DNA of 64,000 bases from assembly GCA_977018835.1 (NCBI GenBank), contig OZ361258.1, positions 4,154,001 to 4,218,000 of the forward strand. The letters run 5' to 3'. Shown here in pieces: positions 60,541 to 64,000 of this stretch (within the stretch, counting starts at the first letter, position 1; the number at the start of each line of letters is the position of its first letter). The notes beneath the pieces were generated by a model. The model did no database searches. It saw only the letters and a list, made by a program, of their open reading frames with translations, and had not been told where the DNA came from. This DNA is from Minutocellus sp. GHC0000111 (taxonomy: Eukaryota). The position numbers and the translations under genes are program-made.

Positions 60541-62313
60541 ATGAAGTTCACCGCCGCCTTCTGCATCCTGGCCACCGGCGCCTCGGCCTTTGGCCTCCAG
60601 ACCCCCGCCAAGGCCGCCGTCCGCGCGGCCGCCAAGGCCCCCTTCATGCCCGCCAAGCAGGCCAAGGCTCCCATGGTCCAGCCCATCGACATCGACGGAG
60701 TGAGTTGCATGCATGATGCATTATCAACGGTGGATTTGGAGACATTGCGCGGAAGTATGTGTGTGTGTGACACATATCGTGTCGGAGTAGCGGCGAGCGG
60801 AGTGATAGCCAGAGAATATCGTCGGGATGCACGATGCTGTACGCTGGTGTGATTCATCGTTTTGGAGTTGCGGTAATTCATTTATGGCACAGCACATGCT
60901 GCAGCCGCAAATGCAATTTTTGGCGTTTGTGCTCGGAGGAACATGCCGATTATTGTACCGCAAGATACCGACGGTTCGATTGATCATCGGATCGACGAAA
61001 TTATGGAAATTCCCCCCAATTATATGCCTGGGGTCGGCAGAGCTCCTCGGATGTGGTTGCTGGGGAATCCCTGGGCACATTTTCGCCAAAGATACGCTTG
61101 CGGTGTTCACCTGACACAGACGAATTCGCCGATCCGATGCAGCACGAAATAGATGTGATGGCCATTATCTCACCTTCATCTTGCCCTTGATTCCCTTCTT
61201 TCTCGGCATGCCGCCTTCATCAAACTTCCATCCCATCGAAACATGAAATAATCGCTCGGTTGGTTTATCACTCATGCACCGCACCGCAACACATAACAGA
61301 CCGCCCTCCAGGCTTCCGCTTCCGCCGGCAGCTCCGACGCCCTCAAGACCCGCGGCGGTGCCCTTGACGCCCTCAAGAGCGTTGACACCCCCCTCCTGCT
61401 CTACTTCATCTTCTGGTACGTCGGCAACTACTACTACAACATCACCAACAAGCTCGCTCTCAAGGCCGCCGGTGGTTCCGCCGGTTTCCCCATGACCATC
61501 TCCTCCCTCCAGCTTGCCGTCGGCTGCATCTACGCCATCTTCCTTTGGGTCGCCCCCGACGCCCGCAAGGCCCCCTCCGTCACCATGGACGACATCATCA
61601 AGATGCTCCCCGTTGCCTTCTGCTTCATGGGCGCCCATTCCGCCTCCGTCTTCGCCCTCAGCGCCGGCGCCGTCTCCTTCGGACAGATCGTCAAGGCCGC
61701 CGAACCAGCCTTCGCCGCCGTCATCTCCCAGTTCCTCTACGGCAAGAAGGTCTCCAAGGCCAAGTGGCTGTGCCTTCCCATCGTCATCGGCGGTGTCATC
61801 CTCGCCTCAGTCAAGGAGCTTGACTTCGCCGTCTCCGCCCTCATCTCGGCCTGCATCGCCAACCTCTTCGCCGCCTTCAAGGGCAACGAAAACAAGAAGC
61901 TCATGGAGACCGAGGGCCTCAAGGACCGCATGGGCAGCGTCGGCAACCAGTTCGCCCTCACCACCATCCTCGGCACCCTCATGTCCATCCCCCTCGTCAT
62001 TGCCAAGGAGGGCGCCAAGTGGGGCGAGTTCGTCGAGATCTTCAAGACCAACCCCATCGTTTCCGCCAACCTCATCGCCTCCGGCCTTTGGTTCTACGGC
62101 TACAACGAGCTCGCCACCATGACCCTCAAGAAGACCGGCGCCGTCACCCAGTCCGTCGCCAACACCGCCAAGCGCGTCATCGTCATCGTCGGCGTTGCCA
62201 TCGTCCTTGGCGAGTCCCTCGACCCCATCAAGCTCCTTGGCTGTGCCATCGGCATTGGCGGTGTCCTCCTCTACTCCACCATTGACACCCTCCTTGCCAA
62301 GAAGGACGAGTAA
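60541..62313 (+). CDS. TPT: Plastid triose-phosphate/phosphate translocator (duplicate copy)
   Basis: ORF translations identical to 43135-44907. Confidence 0.93.
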
Positions 62314-62731
62314 ATATTGGGATATTGGAGAATCGAAGACTGTTATATATGTGTGACTCTATGGAAATGCTTTGTGGGTCGGAGATGCATCGCTTCGAGA
62401 CTGCCTGTGTTGGGCAATTGGATCGGGACATGTGCGTACCCGCCTGCGGAACTGGATCCTAGCTAATGGTGTTGCGCCCATCTGCTGCATGTGGCGTAAT
62501 CCGAAACAAGATGAATTTTGACATATTTGCATTTCAATCCGAGGGGAGATCTATGAGTAGAATACCGCATATTGCTGCTTATAGATATCACAAATTGTTT
62601 TGCAACGCAAAGGAATATCTGCATAGTTGATCATACTGTCAAGATATTTGTCACAATGTTTTTAAGAACTATGGGGGCATTGCAGCAAAGAGATCTCCAT
62701 AACTCGCGAAAAGAATCAGCCTTCACCTTTC

Positions 62732-63585
62732 TTACAACTCATCCCGCTCATCCATTCCGCCCTTGGCGGTAAAGACGGCCTTCATGAGATTGAAATTGGA
62801 CTCCTTCTTCAGCGTCTTGATCTTCAGATCGAATTCCTCCATAAACTTCTCGTATGCATCCTGCAACTTCTCAATCTCATCCTCCCGCTTCTCCTCGGTA
62901 TTGTCAATCTCGGTGATAATCCTGACAATTTCCGCCCTCAATTCATCCGTCGGCATGAGCTGGAATCGCTCGATCGCCGCCTTCTTGTCATCGTCGCAGA
63001 GGTCGATATTGGACGGGCTGCAGCTGGGCTTGAGATTGTCCTTGGCGAAGGCCGCCATGGCCTCGTAATCGCGCTCGCCCTCGTAGTCCTCCAAACCGGC
63101 GGCCGTGTCGCCGAATTTCAGGGTGGGGAATCCCTCGATCCCCTCCTCGTCACACACAATCTCGGTATCCTCCGACGTGCAGTCTACCTCGGCGATGAGG
63201 GCGGAATCGTTGTTGGCATAATCGGCGGCCAACTTCTCCCAATCGCTCGCCATCGATTTGCAGTGTCCGCCTGGGCATTTAGTTGGAAATGGGCAATGAA
63301 ATAATGAGAGAGGTAAGAAGGGGTTGAAAGAACACGAACCTCAGATCCGTCACTTTTATTACTATTACGAGTTCTTATTGATTCCCATCAAAACCACGTG
63401 TAACTTTTGCAGACAAATGCTGAAATATTTGTGCGTCAAATGAATTTATTTGACTCACACCATGGCGCGAAGAATTTGATAAAGACCGGCTTCCCCGCGG
63501 TCAACTCTTCGTAATTTGCATCGGTCAGGCTGAGGACGTCGGCCGAGGCGGCGGTGACAAGGAGCGCAGCGGTAAGGAGCTTCAT
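62732..63585 (-). CDS. PDI-like thioredoxin (duplicate copy)
   Basis: ORF translations identical to 45326-46179. Confidence 0.92.
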
Positions 63586-64000
63586 GGTTGCTTGGCTTTG
63601 CTTTTTTTTGCGTTGTTTTGCTTTTCGCATGAATTGCTGCTGCATTCTTTTGGTGGTCTCCGGGTTGTTTCGGCGATGTTGACTGATCCCAGGGGGGGGG
63701 GGCTCGAGGAGAAAGGGGAAGACAAGGGAACGGAAGGGACGGCGTCATGAATTTTTCTCTCCCCCTCTTTTTTTACTGTCGGGTTAATTGTTAATATAAT
63801 TGTAAAACCTGCCAGTAAAACGACAGCCAAAAAAGGTAATTTGTGAGACAATTTGTAATAAATATGATTCTTTTGACGAAACCTTTGTCATTTGTGATGC
63901 GTCTTTTCTTCGTCAGGTTAGAAAAACTGTCCGTCGTTCGTGTAAGGATCGGCAAATTAGCAGCATGAATTTTAAAAACTGCCAGCAAAATCACAATATT

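Larger units (their letters stand above)
56533..64000 (+). repeat. Segmental duplication, copy 2 (continues past the window end)
   Basis: Matches 39127-46594 at offset 17,406. Confidence 0.97.

Overview
Gene-dense eukaryotic nuclear DNA, most likely a diatom or related stramenopile: short GT-AG introns, ASAFAP-like plastid presequences, DUF6824 and helicase-associated-domain proteins. Recognisable genes are aspartyl aminopeptidase, RAE1, two large DUF6824 + kinase-remnant + STAND/AAA ATPase + TPR-like genes, an HA-repeat protein, a VTT/DedA membrane protein, a DUF1995-like plastid protein, a MOSC protein, CRY-DASH, a plastid phosphate translocator, a PDI-like thioredoxin and a CRAL-TRIO protein. 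Three genes are disrupted: a TOG/HEAT-like gene, a P5-type ATPase and an M6 metalloprotease. Mobile or repeat DNA includes a Transib/RAG1/Chapaev-like transposase fragment, a decayed block with PIF1 (Helitron-like) and F-box remnants that is strongly TpA-depleted, a ~185-bp degenerate satellite and a 118-bp hairpin. Sequence 39127-46594 recurs, apparently identical, at 56533-64000 (offset 17,406), and the junction truncates the M6 protease gene. All family assignments come from motif recognition by eye; no searches were run.
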